Shown in pieces: positions 43,082 to 54,971 of a stretch of 64,000 nt of DNA. This stretch comes from an uncultured Candidatus Saccharibacteria bacterium (GTDB lineage: Bacteria > Patescibacteriota > Minisyncoccia > 2-02-FULL-40-12 > GWA2-44-9): assembly GCA_964356795.1 (NCBI GenBank), contig CAYHIK010000005.1, positions 10,767 to 74,766 of the forward strand. Direction: 5' to 3'. The notes under the pieces were generated by a model. That model saw nothing but the letters and a program-made list of their open reading frames with translations, was not told the origin of the DNA and made no database searches. Numbering within the stretch: position 1 is the stretch's first letter; every line of letters starts with the position of its first letter. The position numbers were made by a program, and so were the translations under genes.

Positions 43082-43441
43082 ATGAGGATACGTCCCATAT
43101 TTGTTACATTGCTTACATCGGCGCTTTCTATTGCTGCCCTCGCCGCGGTGGTAAGCACAACTGAGCCAGAAAACGCGCAAGCATCAATCCGCGCGCTTTT
43201 ATGGGCTGCACTAGTCTTGTCGGTGTGGGGTGTCGCGACGACCCTGCTCTTGGGTGTTCGTTTTTCACTGGCGCAAGCATCTGGCGGGGGTCTCGCTATC
43301 ATGCTTGGTGCGGTAAGCGCATTGTTGTCTGCTCAGTATGGATTTACCGATAGACGATTGATGATTGGCATTATTTTGGCTACACTTGGCCTATTGATTT
43401 ATTTCTGGTGGCGTTTTATGCCACTGAAGCCGCATGACTGA
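43082..43441 (+). CDS. Hypothetical 4-TM membrane protein
   Basis: Hydrophobic; leaderless start after TGgTATACT; overlaps the pheS start. Confidence 0.75.
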   Translation: MRIRPIFVTLLTSALSIAALAAVVSTTEPENAQASIRALLWAALVLSVWGVATTLLLGVRFSLAQASGGGLAIMLGAVSALLSAQYGFTDRRLMIGIILATLGLLIYFWWRFMPLKPHD

Positions 43442-44441
43442 CCATATTCAACGAATTCGAGATTTAGCACAGAAAGACTTAGAAAATCTTCAGTCATTGG
43501 CTGATTTGGAGTTGGCTCGCGTGCGTTCGCTGGGGAGGAATTCCGAGCTCTCTCAATTTTTGCGCTCGCTGAAGGAAAAGACAGAAGATGAACGTCGTGA
43601 GCTTGGGCGTATAGCCAATGAGTTGCGCGTAGAGCTCGAGGCGCAATTCGCCAAAGCGAAGGATCGTCTTGATGATATGGCGTATGCCGCACTCGGAGCT
43701 CTCGATGTGACCGCTCCCGCACAAAAAATTCGCCGTGGTCACGTGCACCCGCTCACGCTTGTGCAGGAAGATATCAACACGATTTTTTCTTCTATGGGAT
43801 TTCGTATTCTTGAGGGGCCAGAAGTTGAGACGGAGTGGGCCAATTTTGACGCGCTGAACACGCCACCCGATCACCCTGCGCGCGGCATGCAAGACACGTT
43901 CTGGCTGAAGGGTATGCAGCATCTCATGCGCACTCATACAAGTCCGATGCAGGTTCGGTTTATGCAGGCGCATCAGCCTCCATTCCGGATTATTGTTCCG
44001 GGTAGGGTCTATCGAAACGAGGCAACTGATGCAACGCATGAATTTCAATTTCATCAAATCGAGGGGCTCATGGTCACGCGAGTCGGCGAGCATGCGCCAT
44101 CGATTGCGAGCCTGAAGGGTGTTATGGAGCATTTTTATCAGCGCTTCTTCCGAGACCGGAATATCAAGGTTCGATTCAATGCGAGCTTCTTTCCGTTCGT
44201 TGAGCCTGGCGTGGAGGTGTTTATCCAGGGAAGTTCAGGCAAGCTTGCAGGTCGTTGGCTAGAGGTTGCTGGAGCTGGCATGGTGCACCAGAACGTATTT
44301 GAGAATGTTGGATATGTGCGCGGCGAGATGCAGGGGTTTGCATTTGGTATGGCGCTCGAGCGCATGGCGATGCTCAAGTATAAAATTGATGATATTCGCT
44401 TATTTAACGGGGGGGATGTGCGATTCCTCCAACAATTCTGA
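43434..44441 (+). CDS. pheS: Phenylalanyl-tRNA synthetase alpha subunit
   Basis: NFDALN.P.DHPAR.MQDTF, RTHTSP, FFPFVEP, GFAFG. Confidence 0.97.
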   Translation: MTDHIQRIRDLAQKDLENLQSLADLELARVRSLGRNSELSQFLRSLKEKTEDERRELGRIANELRVELEAQFAKAKDRLDDMAYAALGALDVTAPAQKIRRGHVHPLTLVQEDINTIFSSMGFRILEGPEVETEWANFDALNTPPDHPARGMQDTFWLKGMQHLMRTHTSPMQVRFMQAHQPPFRIIVPGRVYRNEATDATHEFQFHQIEGLMVTRVGEHAPSIASLKGVMEHFYQRFFRDRNIKVRFNASFFPFVEPGVEVFIQGSSGKLAGRWLEVAGAGMVHQNVFENVGYVRGEMQGFAFGMALERMAMLKYKIDDIRLFNGGDVRFLQQF

Positions 44442-45004
44442 TGAATCTCGACGCGGAACCGGTACAGGGAATGCAAGAGCTGCCGCCCAAGATATTCTTG
44501 GAAGTTGGGACTAGGTACTCGCCAGTTTTAGTGGTGGGCAATAAGAGATTGGGAGCGGACCAGCGATATGTCGGTATCGATATCAATTTGGATGATCTAA
44601 AGACAGCGCCTTCCGCTGCAGACATTGTTCAGCCCGAAGCAGCGGACCGCATGTTGTTTATCAATGCAGCCGGTCGGCGGCTTCCGTTATTGGGTGCATC
44701 TGTCCACGAGGCGCTTCTCAATAATGTATTGGGCGATCCGAAATCCTTTGACCGGGAGCTCATTATCCGTGAACTGTACCGCGTGCTCGCGAGTGGTGGA
44801 ACACTGACTGTCGCTGAGATGTACTCACCGCAGTATGCCGAAGAAAGCTCTGTCACCGCGATGTGTCAGGATGCGGGGTTTGCATTGCGTCGTCTCATTG
44901 TGCCCCGTGATGAAAACTGGAAGCAGGAGTCGTTGTTGTACGGGTATATTGGATCCGAAAGACCCGATACTGACGCATACATCGCTGAGTTTCTAAAGCC
45001 CTAA
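44441..45004 (+). CDS. Class I SAM-dependent methyltransferase-like protein
   Basis: FLEVGT, YVGIDIN, LPL, ELYRVL..GG.L.V.E. Confidence 0.75.
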   Translation: MNLDAEPVQGMQELPPKIFLEVGTRYSPVLVVGNKRLGADQRYVGIDINLDDLKTAPSAADIVQPEAADRMLFINAAGRRLPLLGASVHEALLNNVLGDPKSFDRELIIRELYRVLASGGTLTVAEMYSPQYAEESSVTAMCQDAGFALRRLIVPRDENWKQESLLYGYIGSERPDTDAYIAEFLKP

Positions 45005-45005
45005 T

Positions 45006-47084
45006 ATGAAATTTTCCTACGAATGGATACGAGAGCTGTCAGGCACAACCCTCACTCGAGATGAGGCTGCTTCGCTGTTGACTGCAAAAGCATTTGAGTC
45101 GGTACCAAGCGAAGTTTCCGAGGTGCTCGATATTGATATTCTTCCCAATCGCCCCGATGCGCTCTCGCATCTCGGTGTTGCGCGCGAGCTCGCCGCGCTT
45201 TCTGGCTCTCATGCAAGGCCGCAATCATTTGAGTGGCGTGTGAGCGAGCAGCCATCACGCGAGGTGGCAATCGAAGACGCTACCGCGTGTCCGCGATATA
45301 GTGCGCTCGTTGTACGGAATCTCACCGTTGGACCGTCGCCCGAATGGATGATTGAGCGGTTGCGTCAATGCGGTCTTCAGAGTATTAATAACGTCGTCGA
45401 TGTGACGAATTATGTGATGCTGGAGCTGGGTCAACCTATGCACGCATTCGATTTGGCTCGCGTTCAGCGCATCGAGGTGCGCCATGCGCGCGTGGGCGAA
45501 GAGCTCGTCGCTATCGATGAGGCGCGGACAACATATCAACTCGATGAATCAATGCTCGTCATCGCCGACGGCGATACGGCGGTTGCAATTGCAGGAATCA
45601 AGGGCGGCGCCGGTACCGGTATTAGCAACGATACGACGGAGGTGCTCCTTGAGGCTGCGAATTTCTCACCAGAATCAATACGGGCCACGAGTAGGAAGCT
45701 CGGGCTTCGCACGGATGCCTCGATACGGTTTAGCTATGGCGTAGACCCTAATCTTACGGCGCCCGTGCTGATGCGTGCCGCAGAGCTGTTGGCAAAAGTC
45801 GCAGGCGGTCACGCTGCAGATGGAATTATTGATGTCTATCCAGCGCCAACTCGCGAGCGCGAGGTTATGCTCTCGGCATCGTCTGTGAATAGTCTGCTGG
45901 GCGTTACGCTCAGCGAGGCGCAGATTCGAGGAATACTCGAATCTCTTGGATTTGAAGTTCATCATGATGGCGAGCGCATGCGGGTTGTGGTGCCAACGCG
46001 TCGAAGCGATGTTGTTTCCTCAGAGGATTTAATTGAAGAGGTTGGAAGGGTGTATGGATTCGATGTAATTCCCTCAGTGGCTCCTGTGACCCCGGTATAC
46101 GATGAGCATTCATGGGTTCAGGAAGATGAGTCGGTCGCATGGGATGAGTACTCATTCATGCGTGAGCGTGGGGTGATAGGCCGAGTGCTCGCCGGAGTTG
46201 GATATTCCGAGGTTTACAATTATGTATTTCTTTCCGACGAGCTCACGAGTGTGCTACGCCTGGAGGGCGCCCACGAGCTCGCCGCGCCACAGTCTCAGGA
46301 ATATCGTTGGCTGCGAACGTCACTCGTTCCGCGTCTTCTTGTGAATGCGCGTGATAATTTACGATTCTTCGATGAAGCTCATTTGTTTGAGACGGGGCAC
46401 GTGTTTGATCGTGTTGGTCAGGGGAAGGAATCGGCACGCGTGGGATTGATTATTACTCGGAAGAAGGGTGAAGATATTTTTTATGAATTAAAGGGTGCTA
46501 TTGATGTGTTGTGTGAAAAGCTCGGCATCCGCGATTACTACTTCGACGATGCGCCACCATTCACATGGGATGCGGGCGCGGTTAATGCTACCGCTCCTGG
46601 GCGACAGGCGATTATTCGCCTCGATTCTGGCGCAGTCATAGGATTCATCGGGGTTGTTCACGGACGCGTATCCGACGCACTCAAATTGAAGGGTGTCGCT
46701 GCGGTCGCGGAGCTCGATCTTCGGGCGCTCATCGTCCATGCCCAGCGTGAGCGCGAGTTTGCTCCGATTCCGAAGTATCCGTCTGTTATTCGGGATATTG
46801 CAGTTATGGTTTCTGATGCGACGAAAATCGATGCAATCCTCCAGGTCATCCAAGGCGCTGACGATTCGGGTATCATAGAAGACGTCGATGTGTTCGATGT
46901 CTTCGTGCCGACAGGCAAAGAGAAGCTCAAGGCAGAGGGGGATACTCCTGAGTACGGCAAGAGCGTTGCATTTCATGTGATATTCCGCTCAGGTGACCAT
47001 ACTCTAACTGACGACGAGGTCACCCAAGTTGAGTCGCATATTAAGGAGGCACTGCAAGAAAAAATAAGTGCTCAGATTCGCTAG
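45006..47084 (+). CDS. pheT: Phenylalanyl-tRNA synthetase beta subunit (no B2 domain)
   Basis: [43 protein letters not shown]. Confidence 0.96.
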   Translation: MKFSYEWIRELSGTTLTRDEAASLLTAKAFESVPSEVSEVLDIDILPNRPDALSHLGVARELAALSGSHARPQSFEWRVSEQPSREVAIEDATACPRYSALVVRNLTVGPSPEWMIERLRQCGLQSINNVVDVTNYVMLELGQPMHAFDLARVQRIEVRHARVGEELVAIDEARTTYQLDESMLVIADGDTAVAIAGIKGGAGTGISNDTTEVLLEAANFSPESIRATSRKLGLRTDASIRFSYGVDPNLTAPVLMRAAELLAKVAGGHAADGIIDVYPAPTREREVMLSASSVNSLLGVTLSEAQIRGILESLGFEVHHDGERMRVVVPTRRSDVVSSEDLIEEVGRVYGFDVIPSVAPVTPVYDEHSWVQEDESVAWDEYSFMRERGVIGRVLAGVGYSEVYNYVFLSDELTSVLRLEGAHELAAPQSQEYRWLRTSLVPRLLVNARDNLRFFDEAHLFETGHVFDRVGQGKESARVGLIITRKKGEDIFYELKGAIDVLCEKLGIRDYYFDDAPPFTWDAGAVNATAPGRQAIIRLDSGAVIGFIGVVHGRVSDALKLKGVAAVAELDLRALIVHAQREREFAPIPKYPSVIRDIAVMVSDATKIDAILQVIQGADDSGIIEDVDVFDVFVPTGKEKLKAEGDTPEYGKSVAFHVIFRSGDHTLTDDEVTQVESHIKEALQEKISAQIR

Positions 47085-47154
47085 TATAAGCCCTCGGAAA
47101 TGCTCATATTTGCTTCATTTTTATGCACGAGCTGTGTATTGCGTTTCTCGTTAG

Positions 47155-49320
<2,166 letters not shown>

Positions 49321-49337
49321 TGTTCAGGGCCTGTTTA

Positions 49338-49366
49338 TTGACATAATCGTTAGCTTCTGGTAGTGT
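49338..49366 (+). promoter_or_regulatory. Sigma70 promoter of secE-nusG-rplK
   Basis: TTGACA-N17-TAGTGT with extended TG. Confidence 0.75.
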
Positions 49367-49483
49367 GATTCGGTCGCCTGCGGGCGTTTTTGATTCCAAT
49401 TTGCATAGGCAAAATTGGAATCAGGCAGAATCGTAGCCCGAAGGGCTTGGACGATTCTGAGTTACCATAGTATTCTACATCTG

Positions 49484-49666
49484 ATGGATCGCATCGTTAC
49501 ATTCTTAAAAGAAGTCCGCGTTGAGCTCACCAAGGTGAGCTGGCCTTCACGTTCTCAGCTCTTCATGTATTCAGGCGTTGTGATTGGTATCTCCCTCTTT
49601 TTTGCACTCTATCTTGGTGGACTCGATATGTTGTTTGCCTGGATTTTGGGATTGCTGGTTGTCTAA
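49484..49666 (+). CDS. secE: Preprotein translocase SecE
   Basis: FLKEVRVELTKVSWPS. Confidence 0.93.
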   Translation: MDRIVTFLKEVRVELTKVSWPSRSQLFMYSGVVIGISLFFALYLGGLDMLFAWILGLLVV

Positions 49667-49678
49667 TAATTAATCGAT

Positions 49679-50224
49679 ATGCCTAAGCAAGTAAGCACGG
49701 GACAGCGAGAGTGGTATGCAATTCACACCTATTCAGGATATGAGGATAGTGTGTCGCGCAACCTTCAGCAGCGTATTGAATCTCTTGGTTTTGAAGACAA
49801 GATTTTCAGCGTACTCGTTCCCAAGGAGAAAAAGATTCGCGTAAAAGGTGGAAAGCGCGAAGTCGTCGAAGAGAAGATTTATCCCGGATACGTACTCGTT
49901 GAGATGATCGTCTCAGATGATAGCTGGTACGTTGTTCGTAATACACCGAGCGTGACCGGATTCATTGGGGCTGGCACCACGCCTACGCCGTTGGCGCGTG
50001 CCGAAATTGATGGCCTTCTTGCTCGTATGGGTGTAGACGAGCCGAAGTACAAGGTGGATGTGCAGGTGGGCGAGCGGGTCAAGATTTCCGACGGTCCGTT
50101 CAAGGATTTCGATGGCAAGGTTTCCGAGGTTGACATGGAGAAGGGCCGCATCAAGGTGCTCGTGACCATCTTTGGTCGTGAGACGCCGGTGGAGTTGGAC
50201 TTCCTTCAGATGAAAAAATTATAA
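49679..50224 (+). CDS. nusG: Transcription factor NusG
   Basis: WYAIHTYSGYE, YPGYVLVEM, KOW domain, IFGRETPVEL. Confidence 0.97.
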   Translation: MPKQVSTGQREWYAIHTYSGYEDSVSRNLQQRIESLGFEDKIFSVLVPKEKKIRVKGGKREVVEEKIYPGYVLVEMIVSDDSWYVVRNTPSVTGFIGAGTTPTPLARAEIDGLLARMGVDEPKYKVDVQVGERVKISDGPFKDFDGKVSEVDMEKGRIKVLVTIFGRETPVELDFLQMKKL

Positions 50225-50269
50225 TTTGACCGCTATCGGAGCGCTTCTCCCGATGGCGATTCACATGAC

Positions 50270-50692
50270 ATGGCAAAGAAAGTAAAAACAATAGTAAAGC
50301 TGCAAGTCGAAGGTGCTCGTGCAACGCCAGCGCCACCAGTGGGTGCCGCACTTGGACCGCACGGTATTAACTTGCAGCAGTTCGTACTTCAGTTCAATGA
50401 AGCTACCAAGGACAAGGCTGGCCAGGTGACTCCGGTTGAGATTACGATTTACGAAGATCGTACATTCGAATTCAAGCTGAAGACTCCTCCCGCAGCATAC
50501 CTCCTCCGTGTAGCCGCAGGATTGGAGAAGGGAAGCGGAGAGCCCAACAAAAAGAAAGTTGGCACCGTGACCAAAGAACAGCTTCGCAAAATCGCTGAGC
50601 AGAAGATGGAAGACCTCAATGCCAACGACGTCGAAGCCGCGATGCTCATCATCGGCGGTACAGCCCGCTCCATGGGAATCGAGATTAAGTAA
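50270..50692 (+). CDS. rplK: 50S ribosomal protein L11
   Basis: [20 protein letters not shown]. Confidence 0.98.
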   Translation: MAKKVKTIVKLQVEGARATPAPPVGAALGPHGINLQQFVLQFNEATKDKAGQVTPVEITIYEDRTFEFKLKTPPAAYLLRVAAGLEKGSGEPNKKKVGTVTKEQLRKIAEQKMEDLNANDVEAAMLIIGGTARSMGIEIK

Positions 50693-50706
50693 AGAATTGC
50701 CCCTGT

Positions 50707-50736
50707 GCAAAACCCCTCCTTGTGGAGGGGTTTTGC
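50707..50736 (+). terminator. Terminator after rplK
   Basis: GCAAAACCCCTCC-ttgt-GGAGGGGTTTTGC. Confidence 0.8.
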
Positions 50737-50778
50737 TTTGCTATGCTGATGGTCCAGTTCTTTTTTGTGGAGGCGAAA

Positions 50779-51417
50779 ATGTTCATCTTGTTCGAAGGAC
50801 AAGAGGGTGTCGGCAAGACAACGATTGCGAGGCGATTCGTCGAAGCATTGACGGTGCTTGGTATTACGCCCCTTGCGGTTCGTGAGCCCGGGGGTACCGA
50901 GGCTGGTGCGGCGATTCGTGAAGTTCTGCTGAATCCTACGAGCAAGCTGACAGCACTCGCAGAGTTCTTCCTGCTTCAGGCATCACGGGCACAGTTGCTG
51001 AAGGAAAGGGTTGAGCCAGAGCTCTTCCGTGGTGGCGTCGTCGTGATGGATCGCTACTCGCTTTCGACGCTGGCATATCAAGTCGCGGGCCGCGGGCTTC
51101 CGTTGGCCCCTGTGCTCTCGACGTTGGACTTCGCTACCGGTCGCCTCATTCCCGACATCACGATTCTGCTGACGGCAAGCGTTGATGTGGGGCACGCTCG
51201 TCAGGCACAGATGAAGAAGGTGGCAGACAGGTTCGAGGCCGAAGAGGAGGCGTTCCATCAGCGGGTGCACGATGGGTACCGTTCGTTTGCGGCCGTATTG
51301 CCCAAGTGGAATATCAGGACCATCGACACTAACTCGCTGAGCGAGGATGAAGTGTATTGGCGTGTGGTGCAGGAAATTGCCAAAGTCTGGCAGCCAGCGA
51401 TGAAGCTGGTGCGGTGA
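50779..51417 (+). CDS. tmk: Thymidylate kinase
   Basis: FEGQEGVGKTT, REPGGT, DRY..ST.AYQ, DRFE. Confidence 0.95.
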   Translation: MFILFEGQEGVGKTTIARRFVEALTVLGITPLAVREPGGTEAGAAIREVLLNPTSKLTALAEFFLLQASRAQLLKERVEPELFRGGVVVMDRYSLSTLAYQVAGRGLPLAPVLSTLDFATGRLIPDITILLTASVDVGHARQAQMKKVADRFEAEEEAFHQRVHDGYRSFAAVLPKWNIRTIDTNSLSEDEVYWRVVQEIAKVWQPAMKLVR

Positions 51418-51475
51418 GCGGGGGCACGCGGCCCCCGTTTTTTTTCGGCAAAAAGCGTGCTACAGTACCCTGTAC

Positions 51476-52942
51476 ATGACTGAATACAGCACCACCATTG
51501 GACTTGAGATACATGCGGAGCTCAACACGAACACAAAGATGTTTTGTGATTGTGCGAATGATTCACTCGAGAAGACGCCAAATATGAACGTATGTCCCGT
51601 GTGTATGGCGCATCCAGGTGCGCTACCCGTGATGAACCGTGCGGCAATTCAGAAGATTGTCGCGGTTGGCCTTGCACTCGGATGTTCTATTGAGAAGGCA
51701 TCATTCTTTGAGCGTAAGAATTATTTTTACCCCGACCTTCCGAAGGGGTATCAAATCTCCCAATTTCAGGTGCCGTTTTGTCGTGAAGGCTCGCTGACCG
51801 TGAATGGGAAAAAGATTCGTATCGAGCGCATTCATATGGAAGAAGACGCCGGGAAGTTGATGCATGAACCAGGGAGTGATTATTCGCTCGCAGACTACAA
51901 CCGCGCAGGTGTTCCATTGATGGAGCTGGTGACGCACCCTGATTTATCAGAAGCAGAAGACGTGCGTCGATTCGCGACAGAGCTCCAGCTCATCCTTCGC
52001 TACCTTAAAGCATCAGATGCGGATATGGAAAAAGGCCAGATGCGCGTCGAGGTAAACCTCTCTATCCGTCCGAAGGGGCAAAAAGAATACGGCACCAAGG
52101 TTGAGGTGAAGAATATTAACTCTATTTCTGCTGCGGCAAAGTCAGCTGACTATGAAGTGAAGAGACAGATGGACGTCCTTGAGTCTGGTGGCGCACTCGT
52201 GCAAGAAACACGTGGCTGGGATGATGTGAATCAAAAGACGGTAAGTCAGCGCGTAAAGGAGGGAAGCGCTGATTATCGATACTTCCCAGAACCCGACCTT
52301 CCGCCCGTCGTTCTTACCGATGAAGAGATAGAAGCGATTCGCGCTTCACTTCCCGAGCTTCCCGCAGCCCGTCGTGAGCGATTCGTGCGTGAATATGGAG
52401 TCCCTGCGGCTGACGTAGAGATTCTCACGGTGTTTAAAGAATTAGGAGATTATTTTGAAATGGTGGTTTCGGAATTAAGATCAGAGCATAATCCCATTAC
52501 AGGTGAGGCGGCTGATTACGGAAAACTCGCGAAGACGGCGGCGAACTGGCTTATCACGCAGCTTCAGCCAAAACTTTTTGCGGTGTCTGCGAATCCACAG
52601 GATACCAAAATCACCCCCGCGCTCTTTGCTGACTTCGTGGTACGCGTCGCATCAGGGCAGATTGGAAGCACTGCTGCGCAAACAGTGTTGCAGGAGATGT
52701 GGGAGACGGGCGAGGATCCCGAGGACATCATCAAAGCAAAAGACCTCGCACAGGTATCTGATTCGGTTTCATTGAATGTATTCGTGGAAGATGCGATTGC
52801 GCAATCGGAGCGGGCTGTGGCCGATTTCAAGGCTGGCAAAGAGCCCGCACTCAAAGCAATCGTCGGCAAGGCGATGATGCTCTCCAAGGGCAAGGCAAAC
52901 CCGCAATCTGTGGAGCAACTCCTCCGAGAGAAGCTAAAGTAG
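51476..52942 (+). CDS. gatB: Asp/Glu-tRNA amidotransferase subunit B
   Basis: IGLEIHAEL, RKNYFYPDLPKGYQISQ, DYRYFPEPDL. Confidence 0.98.
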   Translation: MTEYSTTIGLEIHAELNTNTKMFCDCANDSLEKTPNMNVCPVCMAHPGALPVMNRAAIQKIVAVGLALGCSIEKASFFERKNYFYPDLPKGYQISQFQVPFCREGSLTVNGKKIRIERIHMEEDAGKLMHEPGSDYSLADYNRAGVPLMELVTHPDLSEAEDVRRFATELQLILRYLKASDADMEKGQMRVEVNLSIRPKGQKEYGTKVEVKNINSISAAAKSADYEVKRQMDVLESGGALVQETRGWDDVNQKTVSQRVKEGSADYRYFPEPDLPPVVLTDEEIEAIRASLPELPAARRERFVREYGVPAADVEILTVFKELGDYFEMVVSELRSEHNPITGEAADYGKLAKTAANWLITQLQPKLFAVSANPQDTKITPALFADFVVRVASGQIGSTAAQTVLQEMWETGEDPEDIIKAKDLAQVSDSVSLNVFVEDAIAQSERAVADFKAGKEPALKAIVGKAMMLSKGKANPQSVEQLLREKLK

Positions 52943-52956
52943 CTTCTTCATCGCAT

Positions 52957-53212
52957 TGGCGGAATGCCTTTGTTCGGTACGACTATCGCTCGCTGGTGCG
53001 AGCGCGTCTCACCCTCGGCTCGTCAGCCTGCGAGAGCCCTCCCAAAGGCACTCCGCCACTGCTCTTCAGTCTCTCGTTTTTCTCTGGGAGGAATCTTTTG
53101 CCGGCGTACCTTTACGAGGACTTTCGGAGGCCGACTGGGCCGAGAACGAGACGGCCCGCCAGTAAGGCGGGAACGTCGTGCCGAGTAGGGGTATGCCGGC
53201 GGAAAGATTCCT
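52957..53212. repeat. Two inverted copies of a structured non-coding element (52957-53058 and 53089-53212)
   Basis: Each copy has long self-complementary ends and a homologous core TCGG.ACGAC-hairpin-CGTCTC...CTCGGC..GTCRGCCT.CGARAG.CCTC. Confidence 0.75.
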
Positions 53213-53269
53213 AATGTGTGGCTGTGGATAACTTTTATTGAACTTAGCTGCGAGGGGCGTAGGGTGTAG

Positions 53270-53349
53270 GTGGGATTCAGAAGACGGAAGGTCAGCCGTA
53301 AGGGGAAGCCGATAGTGTGCAACAAAACTATATTGCTTCTGGGTCCCAC
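53270..53349 (+). ncRNA. Candidate small structured RNA
   Basis: 14-bp closing stem with G-U pairs, TTGAAC-N16-TAGGGT promoter, terminator at about 53350-53382. Confidence 0.5.
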
Positions 53350-53381
53350 ACAAAGAACCACGCTCGTGGCTCTTTGTGTTT

Positions 53382-54317
53382 TTATAGGGAATTTTCTACA
53401 CGCCTCACCGCATCTTCTGCTGTCTTAACCCACTGAATGTCTTTGTTTTTGCGCCACCAGGTGAGCTGGCGTTTGGCGTAGGCGATGATGTCGTGGAGAA
53501 GTGCGGTGCGCATTTCGGTGCGTGTGATGTTGCGCTGCAGGAATCGTGCGACCCAGCGATACTCAAGTCCGAATCCTTCGAGTCGTTTCCAGCTTACGCC
53601 GTTGGCACGGAGTTCTTTGATTTCAGCTATCATGCCGATGCGGAGGCGCGCATCGAGGCGTTTTTCAATGCGAGTTTTCAACTCATCCATGGGGCGAGAG
53701 ACGCCGAGATACAGAAGTTCGTAGCTCGTAGCTGGCAGGCGGATAGGGGGGACGGGTTTGCCTGTAGTCATGACAATCTCTAGCGCACGAATGAGTCGTA
53801 CATGATTATGACGATCAATTGAGCGGGCACGAGCTGGGTCGAGTTTTTTGAGTTTAGAAAAAAGTTGGGGTGCGGAGAATTTTTGGAGTTGCGCTCGGAG
53901 CTTTGCATTCGGTTTTACTTCTGGGATTGATTGCCCGTATACAAGCGCATCAATCCAGAATCCTGTGCCACCGCAAATGATTGGAGTCTTACCGCGTCGT
54001 GTGATATCGCGAATTGCCTTTTTGGCATCGCGCACGAAATGGGCCACCGTGTATTGGCGCGTAGGGGAGGCGACGTCGAGGAGCCAGTGTCGCGCGAGTT
54101 TTTGCTCGCGCTTGGTAACTTTTCCGGTACCGATATCCATGCCACGGTAAACCTGCCGGGAATCGGCGGAAATGATTTCGCCATTGCAGTTTCGAGCAAT
54201 CTGAATTGCCATATCTGATTTTCCAGATGCGGTCGGCCCAGATACTACAATAAGTTTTACTTTTTTGCCTTCTTTACCTTTTTGCATAAGCGTGGCATAG
54301 TATAGCTCTTCGTTCAT
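53382..54317 (-). CDS. miaA: tRNA dimethylallyltransferase
   Basis: GPTASGKS, SADSRQVYRGMDIGTGK, GGTGF, YAKRQLTW; true start probably about 10 codons later. Confidence 0.96.
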   Translation of the reverse strand: MNEELYYATLMQKGKEGKKVKLIVVSGPTASGKSDMAIQIARNCNGEIISADSRQVYRGMDIGTGKVTKREQKLARHWLLDVASPTRQYTVAHFVRDAKKAIRDITRRGKTPIICGGTGFWIDALVYGQSIPEVKPNAKLRAQLQKFSAPQLFSKLKKLDPARARSIDRHNHVRLIRALEIVMTTGKPVPPIRLPATSYELLYLGVSRPMDELKTRIEKRLDARLRIGMIAEIKELRANGVSWKRLEGFGLEYRWVARFLQRNITRTEMRTALLHDIIAYAKRQLTWWRKNKDIQWVKTAEDAVRRVENSL

Positions 54318-54336
54318 TGAACTTCAAGGAGGCGCT

Positions 54337-54936
54337 ATGCAGAGATGGTGGGTGTCGTGGCCAATCGCCGCGGCAGCAGTCATCACGCTCGTAAACGTCG
54401 AATTGATTCTTATCCCCCTGCTCGTTGGTGTTGGGGTGACTGGCCTCACGCTGTTTGCTATCACATCGGTTGCGTCGGCGGCGGAAGTGACGTACTGGTA
54501 CTGGTTTGCGGGATGGATTGGAAGGCAGGCGTCATTCATTCCCGTCGTTCAGTCCACAGTATCCGATTTCACGGGGCAGGGGCTCACAGGGCTTGTGCGC
54601 GCGCAGTTTGCCCGAGTCCATATGCTCATGCTTGAGATTTGGAATTGGTTCGTGGGCCATGTTCAGTCGCAAATGCAGGCGAGTAGCCCCATTCCGCGTT
54701 GGCTCTTAGCCTGCGCGCTGGACATCATCCGAACGAGTCCCATTTGGATGATGTATCCATTGATGATTGGATTGGGGCTGTGTCCGCTCGGATGGATTCC
54801 CGGGATTCTGATTTGCAGAAAACATCGAGTGCGTGGAGCGTTCACTACGCTTCTCGTGCTTAACGCAATTAAGACCTATGGAATCGGTCTCGGATGGACG
54901 GCGCTCCTCGACGTCGTACGACAACTGTTCGCCTGA
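54337..54936 (+). CDS. Hypothetical membrane protein
   Basis: AAGGAGG SD, hydrophobic helices, terminator at 54943-54968. Confidence 0.7.
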   Translation: MQRWWVSWPIAAAAVITLVNVELILIPLLVGVGVTGLTLFAITSVASAAEVTYWYWFAGWIGRQASFIPVVQSTVSDFTGQGLTGLVRAQFARVHMLMLEIWNWFVGHVQSQMQASSPIPRWLLACALDIIRTSPIWMMYPLMIGLGLCPLGWIPGILICRKHRVRGAFTTLLVLNAIKTYGIGLGWTALLDVVRQLFA

Positions 54937-54971
54937 TAACTCAAGAGCCCACTCGTGGGCTCTTTTTACGT

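Noticed and set aside
52975-53030. Hammerhead ribozyme on the minus strand (CTGACGAG...GAGAC...GTC)
   Set aside because: GAAA is GAGA, no stem I is evident, and the sister copy lacks CUGANGA.
53223-53231. Perfect DnaA box (TGTGGATAA) as oriC
   Set aside because: Single box, with no cluster, unwinding element or dnaA/dnaN nearby.
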